DNA of 64,000 nucleotides. Origin: Syntrophomonadaceae bacterium. GTDB taxonomy: Bacteria > Bacteroidota > Ignavibacteria > Ignavibacteriales > SURF-24. Of this stretch, positions 1 to 8,625 are shown one piece after another. Below the pieces are notes generated by a model that searched no databases, was not told the origin of the DNA, and worked only from the letters and a program-made list of their open reading frames with translations. Position 1 is the first letter of the stretch. Each line of letters opens with the position of its first letter. The DNA is taken from NCBI GenBank assembly GCA_050259615.1, contig JBLNAZ010000014.1:9952-73951 (forward strand), given 5' to 3'. The position numbers were made by a program, and so were the translations under genes.

Positions 1-345
1 CTTTACTTCACCCAAAAACCTTGAGCCGTCCTTTCTCAGGAGAGTAAATTCTAGCTTCTTAATACTGCCTTTGGAGAGTAGATCCAGCCTGGAGGCTGAA
101 CTTTTCTGCCTCTCTTCAGGTGCAATTAACTCAGAAGCCGGTTTCCCGATGAGTTCGTCGGCACTTTCATAGCCATGAATTTCCAGTGTGCGCGGGGATA
201 CTTCCCGGATGATACCTTCCATATCCATTATTACAACGGCATCCATTGACGTCTCAATGATTGTTCTATAGATATCCATGTAGCTCAAATCAGGCTGAAA
301 TGTAATATTTTTTGAAGGCTCAAGCTCGGACTTTTTCTTTTGCAT
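1..345 (-). CDS. PAS-domain sensor protein, N-terminal 115 codons (CDS continues beyond window start)
   Basis: Own minus-strand translation from ATG at 343-345: MQKKKSELEPSKNITFQPDLSYMDIYRTIIETSMDAVVIMDMEGIIREVSPRTLEIHGYESADELIGKPASELIAPEERQ...TLLRKDGSRFLGEVK. The frame stays open to base 1 and the pattern is PAS-like (SMDAVVxxDxxGxI ... ELIGK ... KDGS). Confidence 0.6.
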   Translation of the reverse strand, partial: MQKKKSELEPSKNITFQPDLSYMDIYRTIIETSMDAVVIMDMEGIIREVSPRTLEIHGYESADELIGKPASELIAPEERQKSSASRLDLLSKGSIKKLEFTLLRKDGSRFLGEVK

Positions 346-597
346 TCTGCTTTTTTTTAATATTTACCTGATATGCACTGTGCCTAGTAATATAAATTTT
401 TCGTGAAAAGAAAAATCTGCACCATCAGGTATGAAAAATATGTTTTCTACTATTTTCGAACAAATTGTGTTTAAATTAAGGGGAAAAATTTATATATACA
501 ATAGCAGTAAAGCAAAAGAAAAACTTATTTCTGAGTTTATTTTATGTTAATTCTGTAACCCTTCTGTAGGCCTTGCTGTTCCGTAGGGTAAATTCCA

Positions 598-1713
598 TTA
601 TCTTTGTGTCCTGGTGGAAAATTTAAGTTCATTAACCCTGGAATTTTTGCTGCTCATCCAGCCGGAAGTGCCTCCTTCGAGGTTGTAAATACTGGAAAAC
701 CCCATCTTTGCAAGGTAATGGGAGATTTCAAATGAACGATTTCCCGACTGGCATATTACAACAACTTTTTTGTCGCGCGGAATCTCATTAAGCCTGGCTG
801 TAATTGCACCAACTGGTATGTTTACAACACCCGGAACAGCTCCGAAAGCCAGGAGTTCAAACGCTTCTCTTACGTCCAAAAGAAAAAGGTCTTTTTCGTT
901 TGTAATCATTTCGGCCAGCTCCACGGCTGAAACGTTTTCGAATGGTTCTGTGGAAGTTGAAACTCTTTTCGTTCCGCACTGAAGCGTCATTTTTCCACGT
1001 GTTGAAGCCTCTGCAAAAGGAGGGAAGAAATCTTTTACAAATTCAATATACTCATCTTTTGTTCTCGACTGAAGGAATGGATTATCCTGCTTTTCCTCGA
1101 GTAATGTGGAGTATTCATGCTCCTCATAGTCATGCCCCGGGAAGATTTTCGTGGAATCGGGAAGCCTCATAATTTTATTAAAAAGACTTTCATACTGATC
1201 CGATGGGTTTCCTCCCGGAAGATCGCTTCTTCCTGCCTGTCCAACCAAAAGCAGGTCTCCTGTAAAGAGAATGCCCTCTATAAGCAGGCTTATGTGGTTG
1301 TCTGTGTGCCCCGGGGTATAGAGGACCTTAATTTCAAGTGAGCCAACTTTAATTATATCCCCGTCATTTACAAAGCGGTCTGCTTCAACTGCCGTATTCT
1401 TTCTGAGAATATCGCCTATTCCGAACTTGTCCCCTTCATCCACAACTTTCCACTTATCTTTTGTTTTCGCGTGCATTATGACCTCAGCCCCCGTGAGATT
1501 TTTAATTTCGCCTGCGGCAGTAATGTGGTCTGCGTGAGTGTGTGTATCAATTACAAACTTAACGTTCAGGCCAAGTTCATCTGCCATGTAAAGAATCCTG
1601 TCGAGATCCTCAATATTGGGATCAATAACTGCTGCATCTTTCGATTTTTCATCGGCAATAAGATAAGTTAATGTGCCCGAATCATCCTTTGAACGTATCT
1701 GCCTTATTATCAT
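598..1713 (-). CDS. Metallo-beta-lactamase-fold persulfide-dioxygenase-like protein fused to a C-terminal rhodanese domain
   Basis: 371-aa ORF. It has the HTHADH metal motif and an ETHE1/glyoxalase-II-like layout (YTPGHTDNH, GDLLLVGQAGRSDLPGG). The C-terminal rhodanese domain has the active-site loop CQSGNRS. Confidence 0.8.
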   Translation of the reverse strand: MIIRQIRSKDDSGTLTYLIADEKSKDAAVIDPNIEDLDRILYMADELGLNVKFVIDTHTHADHITAAGEIKNLTGAEVIMHAKTKDKWKVVDEGDKFGIGDILRKNTAVEADRFVNDGDIIKVGSLEIKVLYTPGHTDNHISLLIEGILFTGDLLLVGQAGRSDLPGGNPSDQYESLFNKIMRLPDSTKIFPGHDYEEHEYSTLLEEKQDNPFLQSRTKDEYIEFVKDFFPPFAEASTRGKMTLQCGTKRVSTSTEPFENVSAVELAEMITNEKDLFLLDVREAFELLAFGAVPGVVNIPVGAITARLNEIPRDKKVVVICQSGNRSFEISHYLAKMGFSSIYNLEGGTSGWMSSKNSRVNELKFSTRTQR

Positions 1714-1931
1714 AATATCCCCCTAAATTACTTTTATAAGTATGATACATGAAAAGGCCAAAGGTTTCAGGCTCAGATCCGGGAAAAAGCAGTACCCAAT
1801 GAGCCGATCCGTGGAATTCTTCACTGTAAAAAGTCCCGGGAATTGTTTATTTTTAATCTGATTCAGGGAGTATCGTGATCTTTTTGCAGCTTTGTTTATT
1901 CTTATTTGATGATAAAAAGAAGTTTTAACTG

Positions 1932-2870
1932 ATGTCACATAACCACGGTTATACACATAATCACAGTCATTCGCATAACCATCCTCCTCACTCCGGAAAG
2001 GCGGGTGCGTATAACAGGCTCTTTGCCCTTGGTATTGCGCTAAACCTGCTTTACGTTCTGGTTGAGGCGGTGTTCGGCTTTTCCATCAACTCACTGGCGC
2101 TTATTGCCGATGCTGGCCACAATTTAAGCGACGTGCTTGGACTTGGGCTTGCCTGGGGCGCCTCAATTCTTGTTCAAAAGCCGCCTACGGAATACAGGAC
2201 TTACGGTTTCAGAAAGACATCCATTTTTGCGGCTCTGCTTAATTCGGTAATTCTTCTTATAACGGTTGGAATGATCAGTTTTGAAGCCCTGCAGAGGCTG
2301 AAAAATCCCACAGGCACTCAGGGCGCTACAATGATTACGGTAGCATTTATCGGATTTTTAATCAATACTGCAACTGCACTCCTGTTCCTTAAGGAAAGGA
2401 AGACCGACCTAAATATCAAAGGCGCATTCCTTCACATGGCGGCAGATGCCGCTGTGTCTTTAGGTGTAGTGGCTGCGGGAATAATAATACTTAGTACCGG
2501 ATGGAACCGCCTGGACCCTGCTCTCAGCATCCTGATTTCACTTGTTATTGTTATTGGCACCTGGGACCTGCTTAAGGATTCCTTTAACCTTGCCATGGAT
2601 GCCGTTCCGGCACACATCCAGGTCCAGGAGGTAGCGGAATACCTGCAAACACTCCCCGGCGTAAAGGAGGTGCACGACCTGCACATCTGGCCCCTCAGTA
2701 CTACTGAAACGGCTCTTACGGTTCATATTGTTAAACCCGATGCCCGGGTGAGCGATGAGCTGACAAGCCGGATCTGCCGTGAGCTGCATGAAAAGTTCGG
2801 AATAGATCATCCTACCATCCAGATTGAAAAATCTTCCACGTCAAAAACCTGCAAAACAAGCAATGTTTAG
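1932..2870 (+). CDS. Cation diffusion facilitator (CzcD/ZitB-like) divalent-metal exporter
   Basis: 312-aa ORF with a His-rich N-terminus (SHNHGYTHNHSHSHNHPPH), about six TM helices, the metal-site motifs AGHNLSD and HMAADA, and a C-terminal cytoplasmic domain (HDLHIW). Confidence 0.85.
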   Translation: MSHNHGYTHNHSHSHNHPPHSGKAGAYNRLFALGIALNLLYVLVEAVFGFSINSLALIADAGHNLSDVLGLGLAWGASILVQKPPTEYRTYGFRKTSIFAALLNSVILLITVGMISFEALQRLKNPTGTQGATMITVAFIGFLINTATALLFLKERKTDLNIKGAFLHMAADAAVSLGVVAAGIIILSTGWNRLDPALSILISLVIVIGTWDLLKDSFNLAMDAVPAHIQVQEVAEYLQTLPGVKEVHDLHIWPLSTTETALTVHIVKPDARVSDELTSRICRELHEKFGIDHPTIQIEKSSTSKTCKTSNV

Positions 2871-2908
2871 GGAGAGTTTCCGACACTTTACAATTATCCG
2901 TCACTTCC

Positions 2909-2937
2909 TTGACAATAGAGCCTTTAAGTAATATATT
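2909..2937 (+). promoter_or_regulatory. Sigma70-like promoter TTGACA-N17-TATATT upstream of the DUF92/TPR gene string
   Basis: TTGACA at 2909-2914, an exact 17-nt spacer, TATATT at 2932-2937. It lies about 85 nt upstream of the ATG at 3021. Confidence 0.45.
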
Positions 2938-3020
2938 TCCGGAATTTTAAAACATTAAAGACATTATTACAGAAATTAAGATTACGGAAATTAAGCGGTT
3001 TTGCCGCATCTGGTAAACAT

Positions 3021-3857
3021 ATGACTTTTATGAGCATTCAATTCAACGCCCTTAATTTTGGCTTGTTGAAAAACATAATTTTAGCTATTGTTCTGGGCGC
3101 AATTGCAGCAGTTTTGTCGCGGCGCCTGAAGTTCCTTACTAAAGGGGGTTCCCGGGCTGCTTTTTTGCTCGCAGTTCCTGTATTCGGCCTTGGCGGCTGG
3201 AAATGGGGAGTGCCGCTTTTGTACTTCTTTCTTTCTTCCAGTATACTTTCAAAACTAAGAAAGAAGTATAATTCCGAAGTTGATGCCTCTTTCGAAAAAA
3301 CCGGCGTGAGGGACCAGTACCAGGTATTTTCAAACGGCGGTCTGGGCGGAATTCTGGTCATAATGGACTATTTTATGAATTCCGGCCTGTTTTACTTGGC
3401 CTATATCGGAATGCTTGCTGCTGTCTGCGCCGATACCTGGGGTACTGAAATTGGAACTCTTACCAGGACAAAGACGTATAACGTCCTGAACCTGCATGCT
3501 GTTGAACAGGGTACTTCAGGCGGAATATCTGTACCCGGAACACTGGGTGCACTTGCCGGGGCACTTTCGGTTGCAATTTCCTCTGCAGTGTGGATAAATA
3601 CTGGATTAATTCTGTACTTTTGTATTATTATTTTGGCCGGCTTTTCAGGAAGCTTGATCGACAGCATTCTGGGAACTACTCTTCAGTCAGCATTTTACTG
3701 CACTAAATGCGGTAAACTTACTGAAAAGAAGTTTCACTGCGCATGGCCAGCCGTTCATAAAAAAGGATTTTTATGGATCGGAAACGACGTAGTTAACCTT
3801 GCTGCCGGCATGTCCGGCGGTGTTTTTGCAATTATTTTTCGGAATATATTACGGTAA
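3021..3857 (+). CDS. DUF92 / TMEM19-family integral membrane protein (VTE6-related)
   Basis: 278-aa polytopic ORF with Gly-rich membrane motifs (GGSRAAFLL, SNGGLGGIL, GTSGGISVPGTLGALAG) typical of DUF92. It contains a CxxC...HC insertion (CTKCGKLTEKKFHC). Confidence 0.65.
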   Translation: MTFMSIQFNALNFGLLKNIILAIVLGAIAAVLSRRLKFLTKGGSRAAFLLAVPVFGLGGWKWGVPLLYFFLSSSILSKLRKKYNSEVDASFEKTGVRDQYQVFSNGGLGGILVIMDYFMNSGLFYLAYIGMLAAVCADTWGTEIGTLTRTKTYNVLNLHAVEQGTSGGISVPGTLGALAGALSVAISSAVWINTGLILYFCIIILAGFSGSLIDSILGTTLQSAFYCTKCGKLTEKKFHCAWPAVHKKGFLWIGNDVVNLAAGMSGGVFAIIFRNILR

Positions 3858-3859
3858 AA

Positions 3860-6800
3860 ATGAAAAATATATTACTGACACTCTTATTTCTGGGAACGCT
3901 TTCGGTTTTTAGCCGGGCACAGATCGTTAATACACAAAAACTCCCGGAGCATAGCACACCCGTTAAGAATATACCCGCAGGCTATGCAGATGCCATGGCA
4001 GCTTTTCAAAGCGGCGACTATGTAAAAGCCTACAGGCTCTTTGAAGGTTTCTATGCTGAAAGAGGTGTTGACGAGGAACTTTCTTCATCGGCAAAATACT
4101 ATTCGGGTGAAAGCCTCTTAAGACTTAATCAGGTTGATGCGGCTATTGCAGCATTCGGATACTTTACTTCCAAATACACCGAGTCGAATTTCCGTGCCGA
4201 CGCTTTATATAAGCTGGGTACCCTCTACTACAGAAAACATGAATACGATAATGCACGCAAGGCTTTTAAGCTACTGCTTGAGGACTATCCCTACAATGAA
4301 TATGCCGGATCTGCAATGTACCTGATCGGGGATTCTTATTCTCAGCAAATGCGCTACGATGAGGCTGTGAAGTTTTTAGATGACGCTATTGCTGCCAAAA
4401 ATAACAGTAAGTTTAAGGCTAACAGCATCTATCTGCTGGCAAATATATATGAGAAAAAAGGGGACTACCGCCAGGCGGTTGCCAATTACGATACTCTTCT
4501 GGCTTACTATAAAACAAGCCCGCTTGCCCCCCATGCTCAGATAAGAATAGGACTCTGTTATTTCGAACTCAAAGAGTATGATAACGCAATTCTGGAACTG
4601 AATGACCCTCTTATAAAGGACCTGGCAGACAGCCTTCAGACTGAAGCCAGATATATTCTTGCAAACTCTCACTACAGGCTGAGGGAATATAATGACGCAG
4701 CTGAGACGTATAACCAGATTCTGAAAGAAGATCCTAAAGGTCCGGTTGAAAGGAATGCTAAATACGGACTTGCCTGGGTTAACTTCCAGCAGGCAAAGTA
4801 CGACGATGCCTTTAACTTGTTTTCTTCTTTAACACGAAAGGGGGAAGGCGACTCCATTTCAGTTAAATCGCTTTTCTGGAGCGCTGAATGCAGGCGCTAT
4901 GCCGGAAAAGACGATGCGGCCCTTGATCTATACGACAGTTTCCTGAAAACCTATCCCCAAAGCCGGCTTTCTTCCCAGGTAAGGTATCTGATCGGCGTGG
5001 TTAAATATAAAACCAACAAGGAGTCGGTTTCTGAGGAATACCTTAAGGATGCCGCTAAATCAAGTGATGAGTCTGTCCGCGGCAGGGCACTTGCCGTTTT
5101 AGGTGAGATAAGGCTGAAGGCAAAGGATTACCCGGCAGCAAAAAAATATTTCAGCGATGCGCTTGCTCTTGAAAAACTTGTTCCGGATACTAAGAACCGC
5201 AGCCTGCTTGGCCTCGGTATTTCAAATTACTATCTTAACCGTATTGATGAGGCGGTAAGTGTGCTGAATAAGCTTGCAGTTGAATCCCCCTCATTTGAAA
5301 GCGGTAAGACCCATTTCTACCTGGCTGAATCTTATTTTGCAGGGAAGGATTTTAAGAAGGCAATTAAGGAGTATAATGCTGTAGGTGATAAGGAAAAAGA
5401 ACTTATTCCTCAGGTGCTCTACGGAAAGGCCTATACTTACTTTAACCTGAAGGAATTCCCGAATTCATCCTATAACTTTTCTGAATTCCTGAAAAAATAT
5501 AAAGATAACCCCCATTTTATAGACGCCAAGCTCCGCCTTGCCGACAGCTATTACGGCGAAAAGAAATTTGCCGATGCAAGCCGCATTTATAAAGAGGTAT
5601 TCCTGGCAGATAACAGTATGAGCAGCGATTATGCTTATTACCAGTATGCTCAGGCTCTCTACAAGGCAGGCAATGCCAATGAGGCTATCAGGGAATTCTC
5701 AAACCTTCAGGAAAAGTTTCCAGATTCAAAATATCTGGCTGAATCTCAGTATATCATAGGCTGGATATTCTTTCAGAAGGGTAACTACCGCCAGGCTATT
5801 GAAAGCTATCATACGCTCTTAAGCCATTACCCGTCATCTTCTGTAGTGCCTATTACATATAACTCGATCGGCAACGCATACTTCAACATGGGAAACTATG
5901 ATTCAAGCATCACTTATTATAACAGGGTTATAACCGGTTATCCTGCAGGCAGTTATGCTTTCGACGCAGTAATGGGGGTTAAAGATGCCTACATGGCCGA
6001 TGATAAGCCCCAGCAGGCAGTTAATTTTATAGACGACTATGTAGCCCGGAATCCCCAGGCTGCAAATATAGACCAGATAATGTTCAAGAAAGGGGACCTG
6101 TACTTTAATCTCAGGAACTATGAAATGGCCAAGCAGAGCTACAAGGAATTTGTTAGCAGATACCCGCAGAGCCCCCTTGTGCCTGAGGCCTACTACGCCA
6201 TCGGCAAAAGCGCCGGAATATTAAAACAGAACGAAGAGGCGCTTTATAACTTTAACATAGTTTTTAAGAATTACCTCTTGAGCGACCCCGGAATAGCCTC
6301 GGTGCTTGAGATGGGAAAGATTCATTCGGATCTTAAGAATTACGACGCTGCAATAGGAATTTACAGTGCGGCAATTGATAAGTTCCCCCCGGAATCCTCC
6401 AGGATACCGGAGATAATGTTTAACAGGGCAATGGCGTATATTTCTAAGGGTGACCTCCAGAAGGCCTATGACGATTTTAATTATCTCATACAGTACTATA
6501 CAAGCACCATTTTTGCTGCCGATGCCAAGTTTGAAATTTCGCTTATTGAACTGGCAAGAAAGAACTTTGAAACTTCTGATATGCTCCTGAAAGAACTATC
6601 TTCGGAAAGAACAGACGAGCTCGGGGCCAAGGCTCAGTATTACTACGGAGTTTCACTTTTGGAACAAAATAAGGTTGATGACGCAATTTCTGCCCTTGTC
6701 AGAGTAAAATTTGCATTTGCCGGATTCGATGAATGGCTTACCAGCTCTTATCTTAAACTGGGTGAATGCTATCAGAAGAAAAACGATAACACCAAGGCCA

Positions 6801-6886
6801 GGGAAATGTACCAGATGGTTGTAAGCCGCCATCGCGGAGATAAATTCGGAGCTGAGGCACAAAATAAATTACGGACGCTGGACTAA
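3860..6886 (+). CDS. Large secreted tetratricopeptide-repeat (TPR) protein
   Basis: 1008-aa ORF with a signal peptide (MKNILLTLLFLGTLSVFSRAQ) followed by many 34-aa TPR-like units (repeated A..Y..G......Y..A...F pattern). Its stop overlaps the next start (TAATG at 6884-6888). Confidence 0.8.
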   Translation: MKNILLTLLFLGTLSVFSRAQIVNTQKLPEHSTPVKNIPAGYADAMAAFQSGDYVKAYRLFEGFYAERGVDEELSSSAKYYSGESLLRLNQVDAAIAAFGYFTSKYTESNFRADALYKLGTLYYRKHEYDNARKAFKLLLEDYPYNEYAGSAMYLIGDSYSQQMRYDEAVKFLDDAIAAKNNSKFKANSIYLLANIYEKKGDYRQAVANYDTLLAYYKTSPLAPHAQIRIGLCYFELKEYDNAILELNDPLIKDLADSLQTEARYILANSHYRLREYNDAAETYNQILKEDPKGPVERNAKYGLAWVNFQQAKYDDAFNLFSSLTRKGEGDSISVKSLFWSAECRRYAGKDDAALDLYDSFLKTYPQSRLSSQVRYLIGVVKYKTNKESVSEEYLKDAAKSSDESVRGRALAVLGEIRLKAKDYPAAKKYFSDALALEKLVPDTKNRSLLGLGISNYYLNRIDEAVSVLNKLAVESPSFESGKTHFYLAESYFAGKDFKKAIKEYNAVGDKEKELIPQVLYGKAYTYFNLKEFPNSSYNFSEFLKKYKDNPHFIDAKLRLADSYYGEKKFADASRIYKEVFLADNSMSSDYAYYQYAQALYKAGNANEAIREFSNLQEKFPDSKYLAESQYIIGWIFFQKGNYRQAIESYHTLLSHYPSSSVVPITYNSIGNAYFNMGNYDSSITYYNRVITGYPAGSYAFDAVMGVKDAYMADDKPQQAVNFIDDYVARNPQAANIDQIMFKKGDLYFNLRNYEMAKQSYKEFVSRYPQSPLVPEAYYAIGKSAGILKQNEEALYNFNIVFKNYLLSDPGIASVLEMGKIHSDLKNYDAAIGIYSAAIDKFPPESSRIPEIMFNRAMAYISKGDLQKAYDDFNYLIQYYTSTIFAADAKFEISLIELARKNFETSDMLLKELSSERTDELGAKAQYYYGVSLLEQNKVDDAISALVRVKFAFAGFDEWLTSSYLKLGECYQKKNDNTKAREMYQMVVSRHRGDKFGAEAQNKLRTLD

Positions 6887-8520
6887 TGATTAAAAAAATA
6901 ATTTTACTTATGTGGGCTTTGCCTGTTCTACTTTCAGCCCAGGAAAATACAGAAAAAAAACAACAGAGCGTTGAACTGCCTGAATTCGTCATTACGGGCG
7001 TCGAAAGGGTAAGTCTGCCTACTGTAAGCAAACCTAAAGCTGAACTTGTACCGACGCTTTCCGAGGAATTCTTTAAGCCGGTCTATTCTCCTGAGGATCT
7101 TCCGATTGCTGAAATATCCAATCCCGTAAAAAAGGAAGTAACCTTTAATTCCACCGGCCCGGCCTATAAAGGGAGGCTTAATATCGGAGCAGGCTACTAC
7201 AGGCTTCCGGGAGCAGAACTCACCTATGGGGCAAACTTTGACGGCGGAACTTTCTTCGGAAGAGTGTGGACATTTAACGACAGGGCTTTTGTGCCTAATT
7301 CTGAGAAAAACGGATTGGGGCTCGACCTGTCAACCTCATTCTTCTCATCAGACACTTCAGGCTTCCTGCCCGGAACAGTCTATAAAATGGGTGGGGGTTA
7401 TGACGTAAACTCATATAAATTCTTTGCTTCAGATAATCCTGAAATGACAAGGAATATGAATAAGGGCAACCTCAGACTTTCGATGTCGAACCTTATCAGC
7501 GATTATTTTAAGGTAAGCCTGGATGCAGCAGATAATATGCTCTACTTAAGCGACGCAGATTTTGGCGAGAACCTCCTCTGGCTTAAAGGCGGCATCGAAA
7601 CGGGCTACAACGGCTTTAAGATTGCCGGCGACGCAAACCTTAAGTACCAGAACATGAGCGAAAAGATAAACGGCAAAAGCGCTGTGGGATTCTTTGACGC
7701 CAGAGCTTCTCTGAAACTTAAGCCTACAGGCGACTGGCAGTTTGGCTTCGGACTTTATTATGCCACTACTGATTCCAGCTGGATGCTTCTGCCACAGGGA
7801 TTCTTTTTCCTGAAAATTAATAACCAGCTCTCTATGCTGGGCGAACTGATGCCGCAGGCAGACTTCCTTTCGGTTAGCGACCTGGCCGGCGTAAACAAAT
7901 ATTATAACCTTAACGTGGGAAACGTGTTCCAGAAAAGTCCCATCAACATTAACGTTGCCCTTAAATATGAGTTTGATACCTACTTTGAAATTGAAGGCGG
8001 CATTAAATTCTCAAAATTCGATAACTTTGCATACTATAGAACCAGCAAACTGAACAGTAATATCCCTGACCAGCCGGGACTTATCGCAGTACCCAAAGGA
8101 AAGTTTAATATTGAAACCACAAAGGCAAACAGGTTTACAGGCTACGCAAACCTGCTTTTCCATGCGGGTCCTTACGGCTCGTTTTACGGAAAATTTGAGA
8201 TGGAGGATTTCCAGAATCCTAACGGACGTAAGATTCCGTTTACCCCGGCAGTACGTTCAAGTCTCTCCTACGGGTACGATTTCCCGTCCGTGGAAGTTAA
8301 AGCTTCACTGGATCTGAATTCCTCATCTTATGCGGATATTGAGAACAGAACGGAAATTCCTGCTTTTGCCGATATGTCGCTCCGCATGGGCTATAAACTT
8401 CAGGATAATTTCAGACTCTTCGGACAGGTGAATAATCTCTTTAACAAGGACAATTACTACTGGTACGGCTATAGGGAGAAACCTTTTGATATAGTTTTCG
8501 GAATTGATTATAGATGGTAA
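6886..8520 (+). CDS. Outer-membrane beta-barrel protein (putative porin-like)
   Basis: 544-aa ORF with a signal peptide (LLSAQE), alternating amphipathic beta-strand pattern and abundant G/Y/N. The C-terminus is aromatic (FGIDYRW). Translationally coupled to the TPR gene. Confidence 0.6.
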   Translation: MIKKIILLMWALPVLLSAQENTEKKQQSVELPEFVITGVERVSLPTVSKPKAELVPTLSEEFFKPVYSPEDLPIAEISNPVKKEVTFNSTGPAYKGRLNIGAGYYRLPGAELTYGANFDGGTFFGRVWTFNDRAFVPNSEKNGLGLDLSTSFFSSDTSGFLPGTVYKMGGGYDVNSYKFFASDNPEMTRNMNKGNLRLSMSNLISDYFKVSLDAADNMLYLSDADFGENLLWLKGGIETGYNGFKIAGDANLKYQNMSEKINGKSAVGFFDARASLKLKPTGDWQFGFGLYYATTDSSWMLLPQGFFFLKINNQLSMLGELMPQADFLSVSDLAGVNKYYNLNVGNVFQKSPININVALKYEFDTYFEIEGGIKFSKFDNFAYYRTSKLNSNIPDQPGLIAVPKGKFNIETTKANRFTGYANLLFHAGPYGSFYGKFEMEDFQNPNGRKIPFTPAVRSSLSYGYDFPSVEVKASLDLNSSSYADIENRTEIPAFADMSLRMGYKLQDNFRLFGQVNNLFNKDNYYWYGYREKPFDIVFGIDYRW

Positions 8521-8625
8521 AACAGATAAAATAAGTTTTAGTGCGGCTCTTTTTGATTTTGTGTGCGAATTTACTTTAATTCGCAGAGTGTATTTAAGAC
8601 AGTTTTTCGATAAAAACAACAAAAG

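Noticed and set aside
1723-1956. 77-aa minus-strand ORF in the divergent promoter region
   Set aside because: It spans the intergenic spacer and the first codons of the CDF gene, with no SD and no motif. It is likely spurious. The same applies to 50470-50715, 51639-51866, 8323-8622 and 24527-24757.
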